Source: the human T2T-CHM13v2.0 reference genome, Homo sapiens
NCBI RefSeq assembly: GCF_009914755.1
Contig: NC_060927.1
Length of the DNA: 64,000 nucleotides
Direction: 5' to 3' (one strand)
This document shows positions 28,855-44,410 of the stretch, in pieces. Below the pieces are notes generated by a model, which searched no databases, was not told the DNA's origin, and saw only the letters and a program-made list of their open reading frames with translations. Numbering within the stretch: position 1 is the first letter of the stretch; every line of letters begins with the position of its first letter. Both the position numbers and the translations under genes were made by a program.

Positions 28855-31370
28855 CATGAAAATACTATACAACATGACCAAATGGGCTTAATCCCAGGAA
28901 TGAAGGCTAGTTCAACTTCAAAAAGCAACCAACGTAATTTTCCATATTAATAGACTAAAATTTAAAAACTATATGATCATTTCAACAGTTTCTAAAACAT
29001 CATTTGGCAAAATGCAACATACATTAATAATTTTTAAACTTACCAACTTAGGAATGGAAGGGAAGTCCCTTAATCTGATCAATAGCATATACACAAACCT
29101 ACAGCTAAATTATATCAAACTTAATGGTGAAAGACTGAATGCCTTCCTCTAAGACCAGCAGCAAAGCCAGGTTGTTCCCTCTCGTCACTCCTATTCAACA
29201 TCACACTGGAGGTCCTAGCCTATGCAATCAGACAAGAGAAAGAAACAAAAGACACACAGATTAGAAAGGAAGAAATAAAACTGTCTCTATTTGCAGATGA
29301 CATGATTGTCTATGTAGAAGAACCTCAAAAAATTTTAAAAACTACCAGAATTAATATGCAAGTTTAGAAAAGTCATAGGATACAAGATCAATATACAAAA
29401 AGCAACCTACTTTTATATATGAGTAAATACCAATTGGAAGTAAAATTTTTAAAGGTATAGTTGGCTCTCTGTATCTACAGGTTTTGCATCTGTAGGTTCA
29501 ACCAACCTTGGATCAAAACCCTCCGATATGGCAACTGTACATATTTTCCATCCATGGCTGGTTGAATCTGTGGATGCAGAACCCACAAATACAGAGGGCC
29601 AACTGTACTATGACATTTTATATAAGGGACTTATATAAGCATCTGAGGATTCTGATATCCCCAGGGGGTCCTGGAACCAATGCCCTGTGAATACAGAGGG
29701 CTGAGTGCACCATTTAAATAGCACCAGAAACCATGAAATACTTCAGTAGAAATCTAAAAAAAAAAAAACTAACAAAAAATCTAAAATTGGTCTTTATCTA
29801 AGACCTATTCACTGAAAGCTATGAAACACTGATGAAAGAAATTTTAAAAGACTTTAATAAATGGAGAGATATACCATGTACAGAAAAACACCACGTTCTG
29901 ATGTCAATTTTCCCCAAATTGATACACAGATGCAACACAATCACAATCAAAGCAATGAAAATAGCCAAAATAGTTTTGAAAAAGATTGCCAATCAAGTTA
30001 GCAGACTCATACTACTCAATTTCAAGACTTACTATAAAGCTACAGTAATTAAAACAATGTGGTACTAGCATAAGGGTAGAAATATAGATATATGGAATAG
30101 AATTTAAGAATCTAGAAATAAGCCTTTATATTTTTGACAAGGGTACCAAGACAATTCAGTAGAAGAAGAGCAGTCTTTTCAACAAGTAATCTGGGAAAAC
30201 TGGATATCTACATGCAAAAGAATGAAGCTGGACTCCTTACCTCATACTATACACAAAAATTCACTCGAAGTGAATCAGAGACCCAAATATGAGAACTATA
30301 GATATAAAACCCTTAGAAGAAAACATAGGGATAAATCTTTATAACCTTGGATTAGGCAATAATTTCTTATATATCACACCAAACATACAAATAACAAAAG
30401 AAAAAAATAAATTGAACTTCATCAAAATTTTAAAACTTTTTGTGCTTCAAAGGGCACCATCAAGAATGTGAAAATACAACCCACGGAATGGGGAAAATAT
30501 TTGCAAATCATATTTCACACCTTTAGTTTTGACAAATGTACAAAGGCAATTACATGAAAGGAGTCTTTTAAAAAATCGTGATAGATCTTCACTTGTATGG
30601 CAATGAGTAAAAAAAAATGGTGCTAGAACAATTAAATATTCATATGATAAAAACAAACCTCACAAAATATACAAAATTAACTCACAATGGTTCAGAGGCC
30701 TAACTGCAGAACCTATCATACAAATTTTTAAAACAATGAGTACTATCACACACTATTAGAATGGCTGAAGTTAAATTAGATTAAAAATGGAAAGAAAAGA
30801 AGAAAGAATGAAATAACAAGTACTGGTGAGAATGCAGAACAACTGAACTCATACTTTCCTGGTCGAAATGAGAAATGGTCCAGCTACTTTGGAAAACAGT
30901 TCAGCAATTTCTCATCAAGTTAAATATGCACTTGCCCTATGACCCAGCAACCTCACTCTTAGGTATTTTTTTTTTCAAATGAAATGAAAAGTTATGTTCA
31001 CACAAAAATCTTTGCATAAATACTCAGCTATAAAAAGAAACAAATCACTGATACGTACAACATGGATGCATCTCAAATATATTATGCTAAAATGAAGGAA
31101 GCCAGACTCAAAAGCCTACAGACCATGATTCCATTTAGATGTGGGCAAAACTGTGGGCACTGCACATAGATCAGTGGTTGCCAGGGAGCAGTGGGTAGGG
31201 CTGACAACAAAGGGGCAGCACAAGGAAACCTTTTGGGGTGATGGGACTGTCCTGTATCTTGATTGTGTTAGCAATTACACATCTGTATGCATTTGTTACA
31301 CCTGCAGAACAATGCACTAAAAAAGTGAATTTTACTGTATGTAAATTATACCTTAATTTAAAAAAAAAAA
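28855..31370 (+). mobile_element. Old L1M element (decayed ORF2 and 3' UTR)
   Basis: ORF2-like peptides (KWRDIPC, FKTYYKATVIKTMWY, KPLEENIG) broken by stops and frameshifts; A-rich; poly-A at ~31360. Confidence 0.9.
29457..29708 (-). mobile_element. MER2-like Tigger-family DNA transposon inserted in L1
   Basis: Ends GGGGGTCCTGGAACCAAT...ATACAGAGGGCTGAGTG, the reverse of the MER2 5' end. Confidence 0.75.
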
Positions 31371-32418
31371 GGGCAGGAGTCATATCCAGGAGACTAAGAG
31401 AGAAAATGTAAGCAGATGGCTGGACAGAGAAAGAGTGGCCTTCCCTCTTTCTGAGGCCAGAAAGAGAGGCCAGAGTCTATTTGGAGGCATGACCCCCAAA
31501 GCAATTATCAAGTGTCTGCTGCAGCATCTCTGTACTAATCCTCCGGGTCTCTCCTGCTGTAATCTGACTCCTCCTATAGCCAGAAGTCCAATGGCAACAG
31601 ACAGTGCAAATCCAGGTAAAAAGATGCGTGGTAACCCAATAGCCGTCCAAATGGCTTTGCTAAGCTTAGGGTGCCTTGGTGTTCATCTCTCTTTCACTAA
31701 ACACAAAACCAGGCAGGCAGAAAGAGGGTGCTGTGGTTTGAGGGTGGGGTCTTGAGCAAGGCTATTGGAAAGGGGGATTTCAGCAAGTTGGACCTGAAAG
31801 TGAAAAAGAGATTAATAGCTGCCTTACACACACACACTCACACCATCTGCCAAAAAAGCAGGAATCTGGGCACCAGGTCTTAAAGGGTGCTAAGGTCCCT
31901 GTGCAGATGCTCCGCTTATGAATAGTGGGGAGGTATCGGTAAAATCTGATGGAATTCTGCTTACACACAGAGGGAGTCTGAAGTTTAAAAATGATCCCAC
32001 ACCTTGGGGACAAGGAAGGTATGTCCAAATGCTGCCAGGCTCTCTTCTCCACTCAGTGATCAAATAATGAGCCCCTTCTTACACCCCCATAAAGACAGGC
32101 AAAGTAAAAGTAAGTATAAACCCTGTCCTTGTGTAAAGGACCTAATTAGTAAATAATAACAGATATCAGTCACTCTTGAGGCTTCACAACAGCAGGTAAA
32201 CAGGGCCTAATTAAGGGTTTATTGGTTTTCCCTGTGCTGGCCTCACGGGACACATCTAACCACATGGAACACGTGTGTGTGTGTGTGTGTGAAGGGAGTT
32301 GGTGGTATGGCGGAGCACGTGACATATACCCACAGTACACCAAGTGGAGTGAAAAGGAGACCCAACAATACAGCAGACTGCAGCCCTGGAGTAGCCTCAG
32401 CATCTGCTTTAAAACAAG

Positions 32419-32821
<403 letters not shown>

Positions 32822-33329
32822 CTATTCTCAGAGTCAAAACCGAGGGGAGATGCCTATGAATATTTAATACTTCTAAAACCCCAGCACTTCTGAAACCCAA
32901 TCTCTGGCTGCCCGCAGGCTGCAGGTTTGATTTGAGCCAAGAGTGGGAAGTTACAGTGCTCGGTTCGTGCAGTGTCTCCTTGGGAAGACTCAAAGAAACC
33001 CCAGCCACTGGCCTCAGGCACTGTGATCGTTTCTGCCTCTCCTCTCTGAGTTTTCAGGGGGCTCCATGGGCCCACTGCAACAGGCTTGCTACTGGATAAT
33101 CCTGGGAAAGGTGCAAGGCAAAGGGGAATGAGAAATGCATGGTTTTGGAGTAGAAGGAAATGAGTTGGAGACTAGGGTTGGGGAAGACCCCTGCTCAGTT
33201 TGCTCTTTTATGCGGTTCCTGTTCCCGGTAAGTCAGCTTGCCCCTTGCAATATGGTTCACAGGTGAATGGTGGTGGCTGTGGTGGGAATCAGAACTTCCC
33301 GGGGAGCCAGAGTTAGTGATGGGGGAGGG

Positions 33330-33425
33330 AGCAGGATGTTCAGTTAAATTTGAATTACAGACAAACAACACGTACATCTTTTAGTATAAGTAGGTTCCAG
33401 GCAATATTTGGGACCTACTTATACT

Positions 33426-33471
<46 letters not shown>

Positions 33472-33529
33472 TTATTTATCTGAAATTCAAATATAATTGA
33501 GTGACCCATATTTTACTGGGCAACCCTAC
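33330..33529. mobile_element. MER53-like palindromic MITE containing (AT)20
   Basis: CAGTTAAATTTGAAT...TTTTAGTATAAGTAGG/CCTACTTATACTAAAA...GGCAACCCTA; (AT)n at 33429-33468. Confidence 0.75.
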
Positions 33530-35421
33530 CAGGGGTCCTTTTCAAACCACACCTGCCCTCCCCCAGTCGTGACAACCCTCTCCCCAAGCTCCTGCCCACT
33601 CTTCCCTACTCCCTCTTCCAGATCTTCCTCCACCTATGAGGACAGAGTAGAGAGACTGCAGCGTTTTCCGTGTGCATCAGAGTCTGCAATCACCCCAATG
33701 AAGTGCAAGCCAAAGAGGTAAGATCTGATTTTCCAAATCCATCCAAAGACCACAAGAGGCTGGACCACCTCAGGGACCCTGGGGGCAGAGAACCAGCTCC
33801 CCAAGCTCTGGGCAGTAGAAAAGGAGGAGAGGCTCTCTCCCGCAAAGTGTCCCCTGGCCCCAGCCCTAAAGACAGGCACAACTCCTTCCTGTTCTAGTCC
33901 TTTGTCGGTTTACAAACACATAAAACTAACAACGAAATGAGTCCCAAATAAAAGAAGCTGACATCCTGGCAAGACTTCCTTCCTCCTACACTGGATTTCA
34001 TTTGTCTTACACAGTGGTGGTGGGAAGCTCAGGGAACCTCAGTGGAACCCCATTAAGATATAATATAAAATAATTCAAGGAAGAATAATCTTAAATTATA
34101 TACTCTTAGAAGGCATGTCGGCATGGCTCCTTGTACACTGCACCATGCTCAATTAGGTGCTTAATTTTTTTTTTTTTTAACTATTACATATTTTTAACTG
34201 TTTTTCTAATCATAATGAGTGACACCTCTAAAATTTTTCCTTTCACAAAGAATCAAGATTGCTGTTATGTGTTTCTGGTAATCAAAGCTGCATTATCTCT
34301 GCTTGGGGGCTTTTGTGACAAGGTCTTCTTTCAAGGAGGTGGCCAGCTCTATACCACTGGCTCTGGACAAACACCATCAAGCCCATCTCTCTGCTCACTA
34401 GGGTCCTGCCCAGACAACATCGCCTTTCTCCTCTCCTTTCCAGCTAGGATCTAGCTGCTCTGGGATTGTCACTCTCCCTTGCTCTGGAACTCCCCATCAA
34501 GAGCTTAGGATGCCTCCTGAGGGGCCTCCAGCCTCTGTAAACACCATTCTCTATGCCAGAGATCCTCAAATGAGACCCTTAACATCATGACATCTTCCTA
34601 CCCAAAAACCTGCCAGGACTCTCCATTACCAGTAAGATAAAGTCCAAACTCCTGTGCTGGCATTAATGCCCTCTAAGTCTTATCATAGACCACATTCCCT
34701 GTCTCACACCTACCCCAGCTACTCACTGTGTCTGAAAAAAACCAACCTATAATACGATTCTAAAGTGTAATGTTTATTTAATACAACTTTAATGTTACTA
34801 AAATTAGAGCATGAAATATTGACAAATCAACAATTAGCATCTGCTTAATACATTTTAAGGAAAAACAAAATAGACTAGAATGTGAAGAAAGACAAATATC
34901 TAGGAATGATTGGGTACAGCAATATATAGTCTGCAAAACACTTTCTCACATGTAGTTCATCTCACCCTCATCAAATCCCTGTAAGATAAGCAAGTTAGGC
35001 AGCATCATCCCCCTCTGCCAATGAGGAAACTGAGGCCCGAGGCAGGGGTCCTGCCTTGGATTACACAGAAAGGAAGCTGCAGAACTGGGATCACAGCCAT
35101 CTCTTTCTGAGCTCACAGCTCATCCTACTCTACTGTACTAAGCTGTTATTTATCCCAACCTAATTTAGATCTAGTTTTGTTTTATTCTATTTAATAAAGA
35201 GACACTCAACTTTCTCTCACCCTTGTCCCAGGCGCCCTAGGCCTTCTTCATAGATCCTGGTCACATAAAGTACTGCTGATTAGGGACCTACTCCCAGCCA
35301 CTGCCAGATTCAATGAATGTCCTCCGGGGGCACACTCTCCAGGGAACTCATGGCTATGGGTGAGAAAGGCCCACCTGTCTCACAAAGCCAAGTCTTACTC
35401 TAGTGTAGCTTCCCTTCGTTA

Positions 35422-36491
35422 TTTTTTATGGAGATACAATTCACATACCATAAAATGCACTCCTTTAAAATGCAAAATTCAGTAGCGTTTAGTGTATTCA
35501 CAAGGCTGTGCAATCTTCACTACCAACCCCAGGACATTTTCAACATCCCCAAAAGAAACCCCATGCCCATTAGTCACTGCCTATTCCCCACCCCACCCTC
35601 CCCCAGCTCCTGGCAACCACGAACCTACTTTCCACACCTGTGGATTTGCCTATTCTGGACACTTCATATAAATGGAAGTGAACAATAGGTGGCCTCTGTG
35701 TCTGGCTTTTCTCGCTTAGCATATTTTCAAGATTCGTCCACATGGTAGCACACACAGGCTGAGAATCCTTTATCCGAAATGCTAGGGACCAGAAGTGTTT
35801 CATATTTTGGATTTTTTCAGATTCTGGAATACTTGCATATACATAATGAGGTATCTTGGAGATGGTACACAAGTCTAAACATGAAATTCATTTATGTTTC
35901 ATAAACATCTTCTACATGTAGCCTGAAGGTAATTTTATACAACATTTTAAAATAATTTTGTGCATGAAACAAAGTTTGTGTTAAGTACTTATGTGTGGAA
36001 TTTTCCACTGTGGCATCATGTCAGAGCTCAAAATGTTTCAGATTTTAGAGCATTTTGGATTTCAAATTTTCAGATTCAGGATGCTCTCTACCTGTATCAG
36101 TATTTTGTTCCTTTTACAGCTAAATAATATTCCACAGCACAGATCTACCATATATTGTTTATCCACCATCAGGTATAGACATTTGAATTGTGTCCACCTT
36201 TTGGCTATTATGAATAATATTGCTGTGATGAACATTCATGTACAAGTTTTTACATGGATATATTCTGTTTTCTTGGGGATATATCTAGGAGCAGAATTGC
36301 TGGGTCACACGGCAACTCTATGTTATTGAGGAACTGCCCAACTGCTTTCAATCACCTGCACCACCTTACATCCCCGCCAACATTGCATGGGGGTTCCAAT
36401 GTCTCCACATGCCCTGCCAACACTTATTTTGTTAACTTTTTCATGATAGTCATCCTAGCAGGAGTGAGGATGGTATCTTATTGTGGTTTTA
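35422..36491 (-). mobile_element. L1M 3' fragment
   Basis: Reverse L1 3' UTR and ORF2-end motifs (GATACAATTCACATACCATAAAAT..., ATTGCTGGGTCA). Confidence 0.85.
35755..36094. mobile_element. Tigger4/MER46-like DNA transposon inserted in L1
   Basis: CAGGCTGAGAATCC...ATCCGAAATGCTAGGGACCAGAAGTGTTTC ... GGATGCTCTCTACCTG-TA terminal inverted repeats. Confidence 0.8.
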
Positions 36492-36966
36492 ATGCCCTTA
36501 AATTTGTAAAGCAAATAGCAACAATTACAAGGGAGAGAATGTCTTCTATAACTTGCACAGCTGTGCCTTTAGAGAGAAGTGGCCACATTGTACATTTTAT
36601 GTTTTGTTATTTTTAATTACTTATTCCTAGGAAGACCCCACGCTTTGCGCAACCGGAGAGAAATAACAGCTTTCATGTAATAGTGCTTACATGAACAAGA
36701 CAAACACTGATTGAGTGCCTAGCACTGGGAAACCATGCTGCTGGCCACCTTGCCCTCTAGGACTCCAGATCTGGTGGGGAAGTCAGACAAGGCACGGAAG
36801 TGGTTGGGAGGACATAAACTCTGCAGGCTCCACAACCTCTATCCTCTATCCTCAAGTTAATTTCATAAACATTCAGTTCGCAAAGAATATGCCAGAGGAA
36901 ATACCCTTAATATACAAAGTATTTTGCCAATTAACAATAAATGGGTAGAATTTAACAACAAAAAAA

Positions 36967-37312
<346 letters not shown>

Positions 37313-37726
37313 CTATTCAAAGTAAAAATACAAATGACTTATAAATGTGTGATATCAAAAGATGTTAACCCTTACTAGTAAGCAAATAACAATAAAAGCA
37401 GTATTTTACCTATTTAAATAGCAAAGCTTTCTTTTCATAGTAATAATGTTGGCAAGAATGCAATGGAATAGGCACCCTCCTACATTATCAGTGGGAATGC
37501 AAATCGGCATAACCTTTCTGGAAACCAATTTGGCAATATGTATGAAGAGCTTTCCAAATATTCATACCCTCTGACCCAATAAGTTAGTCCCCTCCCAGGA
37601 ATCTATGCCACAGAAACCTCAGTAGCTTGAACAGGGCTTTATGTCCGAGGATGATTATAAAATTTAACAATTAGGAGCAGCTAAATGTTGAAAAACTAGA
37701 GAACAGTTAAATAAATTATGGTGCTG

Positions 37727-38028
37727 TCACCAGGCGCAGTGGCTCACACCTGTAATCCCATCACTTTGGGAGGCCAAGGAAGGAGGATCACTTGAGGCCA
37801 GGAATTTGAGACCAACTTGGGCAACATAGTGAGACCCCATCTCTACAAAGAAATAAAAAATTAGCCGGGCATGGTGGCATGCACCTGTAGTCCCAGCTAC
37901 TTGGGAGGCTGAGGTGGGAAGATCACTTGAACCTAGGAAGTCAAGGCTGCGGTGAGCCATGATTACACCACTGAACTCCAGCCTGGGTGACAGAGCAAGA
38001 CTCTGCATTAAGATGAAATAAAATAAAA
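37727..38028 (+). mobile_element. AluJ-like SINE within old L1ME-like fragments (~37270-38300)
   Basis: Alu dimer; TSD tggtgct. Confidence 0.9.
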
Positions 38029-38952
38029 CTTTGGTGCTCAATACCCTGGAATATCTCAAAGCCTTTAAAATGTCTTATTTAAATAACATTCAACATTGTG
38101 GGAAATTTTCCAAAATACAATGTCAAGTGGGGGAGAAAAAGAATATGAAATTGCATATAACTCATGATCCCAATTTTTCACATGTATACATTTCAAAATG
38201 TTAACAGTGATGGAGTATCTCTAGGTGGTGGGATGATAAGTGCTTTTTTACTTTTTTTCTTTATACCAATGAATACTCTCCAATGTTTCTATTGTACATA
38301 TTACTCTAAAAAGAAATACTGATAAACTTACATAAAGAAAGAAAAAAGTACATGCTTGTGCTATGAGCACGGCTGGCTGAAGAATCTTCTCTTCTGACAG
38401 AAGAGATAAAATGAGAATGAAAATGCCTGTAAAACCAGAGAGAATAAGTCAAATGGGAAAAGAGATTCAAAATAGAAAAAGGAATCATGTCTGGGCAGTG
38501 GGGACTAGGACCCTTCCTGGAGAAGTGTCTGCAGATGGGCAGGACCTGGCCAGCGGGAATCCCAGTGGAGGGGCATACAGGTGATGCAAACAGCATCAAT
38601 ATGGATGGGGCAGAGGAAGAAGAGTCCAGGGCTACACTGGGAACACCAGGTACTCACTGCTGACCAGAAGCAAGGAGAGGACTGGCCAGAGATGAGACAA
38701 GGGGGTTCATGGCCAGATCATGAAAGAATTTTTTCTATGGCAGAGTAAGGAGCCAGCACATAATCTAGGAGGCATTAAAACCTCTTGATGGCCGCATTTA
38801 CAAAAATAAAAAGTATATTCATTGCCCAAATTATAAAATGTACATTCATTATGGAACACTTCGAAATCATAGAAAAGGAAAAAAAAATCAATTATCACCC
38901 AAAGACAACCAGTATTAACGTTTCCATTTATTTCTTTTACTTCCTTTTTTAA

Positions 38953-39358
<406 letters not shown>

Positions 39359-40029
39359 TTCATTTAATATTGTAACGTAAGCATGTTCCCCTGTTATTAC
39401 AACTTCTAATGCTGCCAGCTTTCAAAAGGGAAATGTGATCACAGCAGAACTTTGGGTAGATTAAATTGACAGCTGGAAAGGAGGCAGTGAAGAGGAAGAT
39501 GCTAGAAGTAGAGAGACTAAAAGAGGGCTGTGGAAATAGCACAGACGAGAAGCACCAAGGGCCTGGGAGAGGCTGGAGCTCTATGAAGGGAAAGCAGAGT
39601 GGCCCCCAAGCAAGGCATCTGCAAGGAGTATTTAAGCCTGGGTGATGTATCTATGGGAAGAAGAGAGCTTCGGTTCCTAATCCACTTAGGGGAAGTCCGG
39701 GAGGAGCTGGCTTTGGAGTGAGTGGGTTATGAGTAATAAAGTGTCACAAAAGCTAAATGCAAGAGTAGGAAAGTCAACAGAATCAGGTGTTGTGGAAGAG
39801 GCTGAAAAGAGATGGATAAGCAGACTGGGTAGAGGAGGAGTTGAGCTGTAAGGGGGTTAAGTCATGAGGTCATGAGGGGACGGTGAATGAAGGTGACTCT
39901 GGATGTTTGGCAGTGAAGGGACAGCGAGTGGGTCACAGCTTGAATGAATACAGCATGGAGGTTAGGAAACTTGATTTATCCAGAGGCAGAGGGAGGGGAG
40001 GGGCCAAAGAGGTAAATGAGGACAGCACC

Positions 40030-40335
40030 GTACTTCCCTGCAGAACTGAGCTGTCCACCAGGGGAGCCACTAGCCACACATGGCTAGGAACATTTGCAGT
40101 GTGGCTGGTCTGAAGTGAGGGGTGTTGTAAATACAAAACGCACTGGAGTCTGAAATTATTTTTTATTCATTACATGATAAAATGATATTCTGGATATATT
40201 GGGTAAATAAAATATATTATTTAAATTACTTTCACCCATGGGTTAGTTTGTTTTCTTTGTTTTTACTTTTTGGCCCACTGGAATAGCTGGAAGGATATAT
40301 GTGACTCTCAATATATTTCTGTTGGACAGCACTGC
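40030..40335. mobile_element. MER33/MER3-like hAT MITE
   Basis: GCTGTCCA...AGCCACTAGCCACACATGGCTA ... TATTTCTGTTGGACAGCACTG. Confidence 0.7.
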
Positions 40336-42006
40336 TGTTGTACAAAGGGGAGGCAGGACAGGAGGGACCTGGAGCATAGTGGATGAGGGACAGATCCCAG
40401 GTTACTTGCAGAATATCAAACTGCTGAGCCATTGGTGGCCCACCTTAGGCCCACAGAGTGATCTGCCTCCTTACTTCCCCCTGAGGGGGTCATTCCCAAA
40501 GGCTCAGATTCATCTGCCAAGCTCAGGGCCGATTTCAGATGGTACACCCAGCACAGCCACTCTCTGTGGCTTTCAGAAACATGAGATGTGGCGACAGAAA
40601 AGGGAAGGGGGGCTGGAGGTGAGGCCCAAGGGATATGGAGGTATATGACAGGGGCTCAGGTATGACGACTGAGGTATCTAGGACAGTCTAGAGAAGGGTA
40701 TCAGACTGAAAATTCACTTATCTTACACACCACGAAACTTGGGGCTTGGGGAGAATATACGAATTTAAAACCATGGGGAGGAGGGCATCCTCAAGAGCAA
40801 TGAATGAACATCTAGAGGCAGCACAGTGTGGAGAAAGGCCTGGGAACTTAGGTGTGAGTTCTCAGCCTGGATCTGCAAACAACAAACATGTGGCTCTGGG
40901 CAAGTCACCTTTCCTGTGGGAACTTCAGCTTCCTCATCCATAAAAGTGAGAGGCAGTGGGTGATGGCCAAGGTCTTTGCCACCTGGGACAGTCCATGGAG
41001 TGGCCACAGCCTGGGCCTCTGGCTGCTCAAGCAGGGACAATTTGCATTCCTCTCTAAATGGAGATGCTACTTAGAAAGACTTTCAGAGAAATCCCTGATT
41101 TCAAATCTTCTGCCTTCCATTCTCCTGCAATGCAACGGAATGCTCAGCATTGCAGCATATAAGCTACAGCTTTAAGAAGGCCTGTCATACCTGGAAGTCG
41201 TACAAAAGTCCCCCATCCAACCGTGCTAGATCCATGGGGAATCCCAGAGGAAGCCGGAGTCCTTCAGAATCTATGCCAGGCACCGGCCCCCACCTCATCC
41301 CCGGACCAGGCGTGGGAATCACACATACAAAGCAGCAGAGAAAGGCAGACACATTCCCATACAAACCAAGGACATGAGTTGGGGCAGGAGGACAAAGAGA
41401 GGCTGGCATGGCGGGAGTACCTTGCAAAGGTTTTCCAGGGAAGCTGATGATGCTTCACCCACCCACAAACTGCTTCTCCTGCAGTTCTCTGACCTCTGGG
41501 ATAAGGAGACGTTTGCTTTGAGGCCTGGCAAGAGGTTTTGTGGGCTAGAAATTTATTTATCCTCCAAGTGCAATCAAGTTGCTCTCTTCCAAAAATCTCA
41601 TCTTGGAGAATAATTATCCCCACTCCCCCAAGCTCTCCCACCCTCAGCTTCCTCCTCCTCTCCCGGAATATCAGGCAAACCTTCATTGTTTCCTGTGAGT
41701 AGTGGTGACAGCTGAGGGTGGTGCCAGCCGTGTAGGTGGAGGGAGGGGGCTGACGAAAGGCTGGAGTCAGATTCAGGGGCGGGAAGAAGGAGCCCACCTG
41801 AACTCGGAGTTCTGGTTCCCACCCTACACAGGTGAAGTGCAACTTCCCTCGTGCCTTCCCCCATCCCCTAGCCTGATCCACTCATGCCCACATCTCCTCC
41901 CTCTTTCCATTCCTCACCTCTGGGGCTCATTTTAGGTCAGCAGAATCCAGAAGAAAAAAAAAAACACCAAAGAGAAAATGAAACTGCCACCAAGTGCTTA
42001 CCTTAC

Positions 42007-42039
42007 CTCCAACTGAGTGCGGAACCTAGATGGGGCCAT
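42007..42039 (-). CDS. ADCY5: Putative coding part of an alternative upstream ADCY5 exon (MAPSRFRTQLE), in frame with exon 2
   Basis: GACATGG Kozak context, 11 codons, strong donor GAG|GTAAGG in phase 0; pyrimidine-rich acceptors would start the exon at 42088 or 42148. Confidence 0.6.
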
Positions 42040-42249
42040 GTCTTCCGTGGGACAGGCCTGGGCCCTACCCAGCACTACACAGGCTGCCCTGTGGGGATGG
42101 AGGGGACCATGGGCACCTCAGCAGGGATCCAGGGGCCCCAGAGATTGCCTGGGGGAGAGAGGCAGGAAGATTCAGTGAGAGGAGTGCTATGCTGGGAGTC
42201 AGGAGCCCCAGGGGCCAGTCTTGTGACTCGGAGCCAGTCATGCAACCTA

Positions 42250-42898
<649 letters not shown>

Positions 42899-43116
42899 TC
42901 ACTGTTGTGTCCCTATTATCCAGGACAGAGGCTAACACATAGCAGGCCACAATAAATTCTTGTTAAATGAATACATGGATGAAAAGAAAATTGAAGGCTG
43001 CAGGGTACCTTTAAGGCCTTGAATATTCCAACTCACAAGAGAAGACAGTCCCAGACCCCCAGTTGCCTCTGATGGTGAGCATCAAACACAAGGTGGGAGA
43101 TGGGCTACAGGGTCTC

Positions 43117-43486
43117 TGCTATGGTTTTGAATGTACCCCGAAATTTAATGTGTTGGGAACTTAATCCTCAAATTCACAGGTCAATTGGAGGTGGGGCCTC
43201 TGGAAAGTAATAAGGATTAAAGTCATCAGGGTGGGGCCCCCATGATGAAACTGGTGGCTTTATAAGAAGAGGAGAAGAGACCTGAGCTAACGTGCACACA
43301 TATGCTCTGTTTCGCCATGTGATGCCACCCACCACATCATGATGAACAAGAAGGCCCTCGCTAGGTGCTGTCACCATGCTCTTGGACTTCCCAGTCTGCA
43401 GAACCATGAGCTAAATAAACCTCTATTCTTTATAAGTTACCCAGCCTGTGGTGTTCAGTTACAGCAACAGAAAATGAACTAAGACA
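43117..43486 (+). mobile_element. MST-family MaLR solo LTR
   Basis: TGCTATGGTTTTGAATGT...TTATAAGAAGAGGA...AATAAACCTCT...ACTAAGACA. Confidence 0.85.
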
Positions 43487-44410
43487 ATCCTTACCTGCAG
43501 GAATGCCCAGGCCCACATCAGAATTAAATGAAAGATGAGTGTGGTACTAACTGCCATGGCCACTAAGCATTTGGAGATGGTTTCTATCAGGGAGATGAGA
43601 CATGAAACAAGTCTGTGTGTCCCTGTGAGTGTCTGGGAACTGGGAGAGCTGGCCTGAAGTATTGGAGAGTCCCTTATTTGCTGGCTGACCTTGAGCATAT
43701 CACTAGGAAATCCCCAGAAGAGATTGAGTCTATAGGAGAAATGAGCTAATGTGCAAACGAGTCTCTTGGAAAGGCCTGGTGAACAGCAAGAGGCCTGGAT
43801 TGCTGCAGTGCAGCCCTTCTCCTCACAGGCTGGGCCAGCTCAACAAACTCCTCTGCTCTCTGGGTCCTATGAGGTTTCTTTCTATGTAAAATGGGAGAAT
43901 GTGACCAAACAGCTCTCAGCTGCTTCCCAAGAGCACTGACATCCTGAGGACTCTGGGGAGTCTTATCTGTGATGTGATTCAGTCTCCCAGAAAGAAACCA
44001 GGAGATTCTGCCCTGGTCTCCACTCTCTCCTGGCTGTGCTGCTAACAAGGGGGTAGGAAGGGTGACCAGAATTGGCACCACGGCCACGGGAAGCACTGAC
44101 TGCCTTAATTCTTGGGGCATGAGGAGTAACAGTGTTAAGTCTTCTCTCCCAGGGCCAATGGAGGCATGACCTAATGCCAAAGGGTGAGCCATGAAACTCA
44201 ACCATTATGATAGAAGACTATAAAAACAGCCAGTGGGAGGAGTGGCAAATGTTCATTTGCAGACTCACCTGCCCTGCATACTCTCTAGGCCCCTGGAAAT
44301 ATATTCTCAGTTTGAAGTCCAAGTGATGGACTATAGATTATCACACCACCGCCCCCTTTAGAATAATTAAGATTAACCGTTTTATTTAAAAATAATAATT
44401 TTTAAAAGGC

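Noticed and set aside
29832-30471. ORFs resembling L1 ORF2
   Set aside because: Short remnants of a decayed L1 with stops and deletions; not a functional reverse transcriptase.
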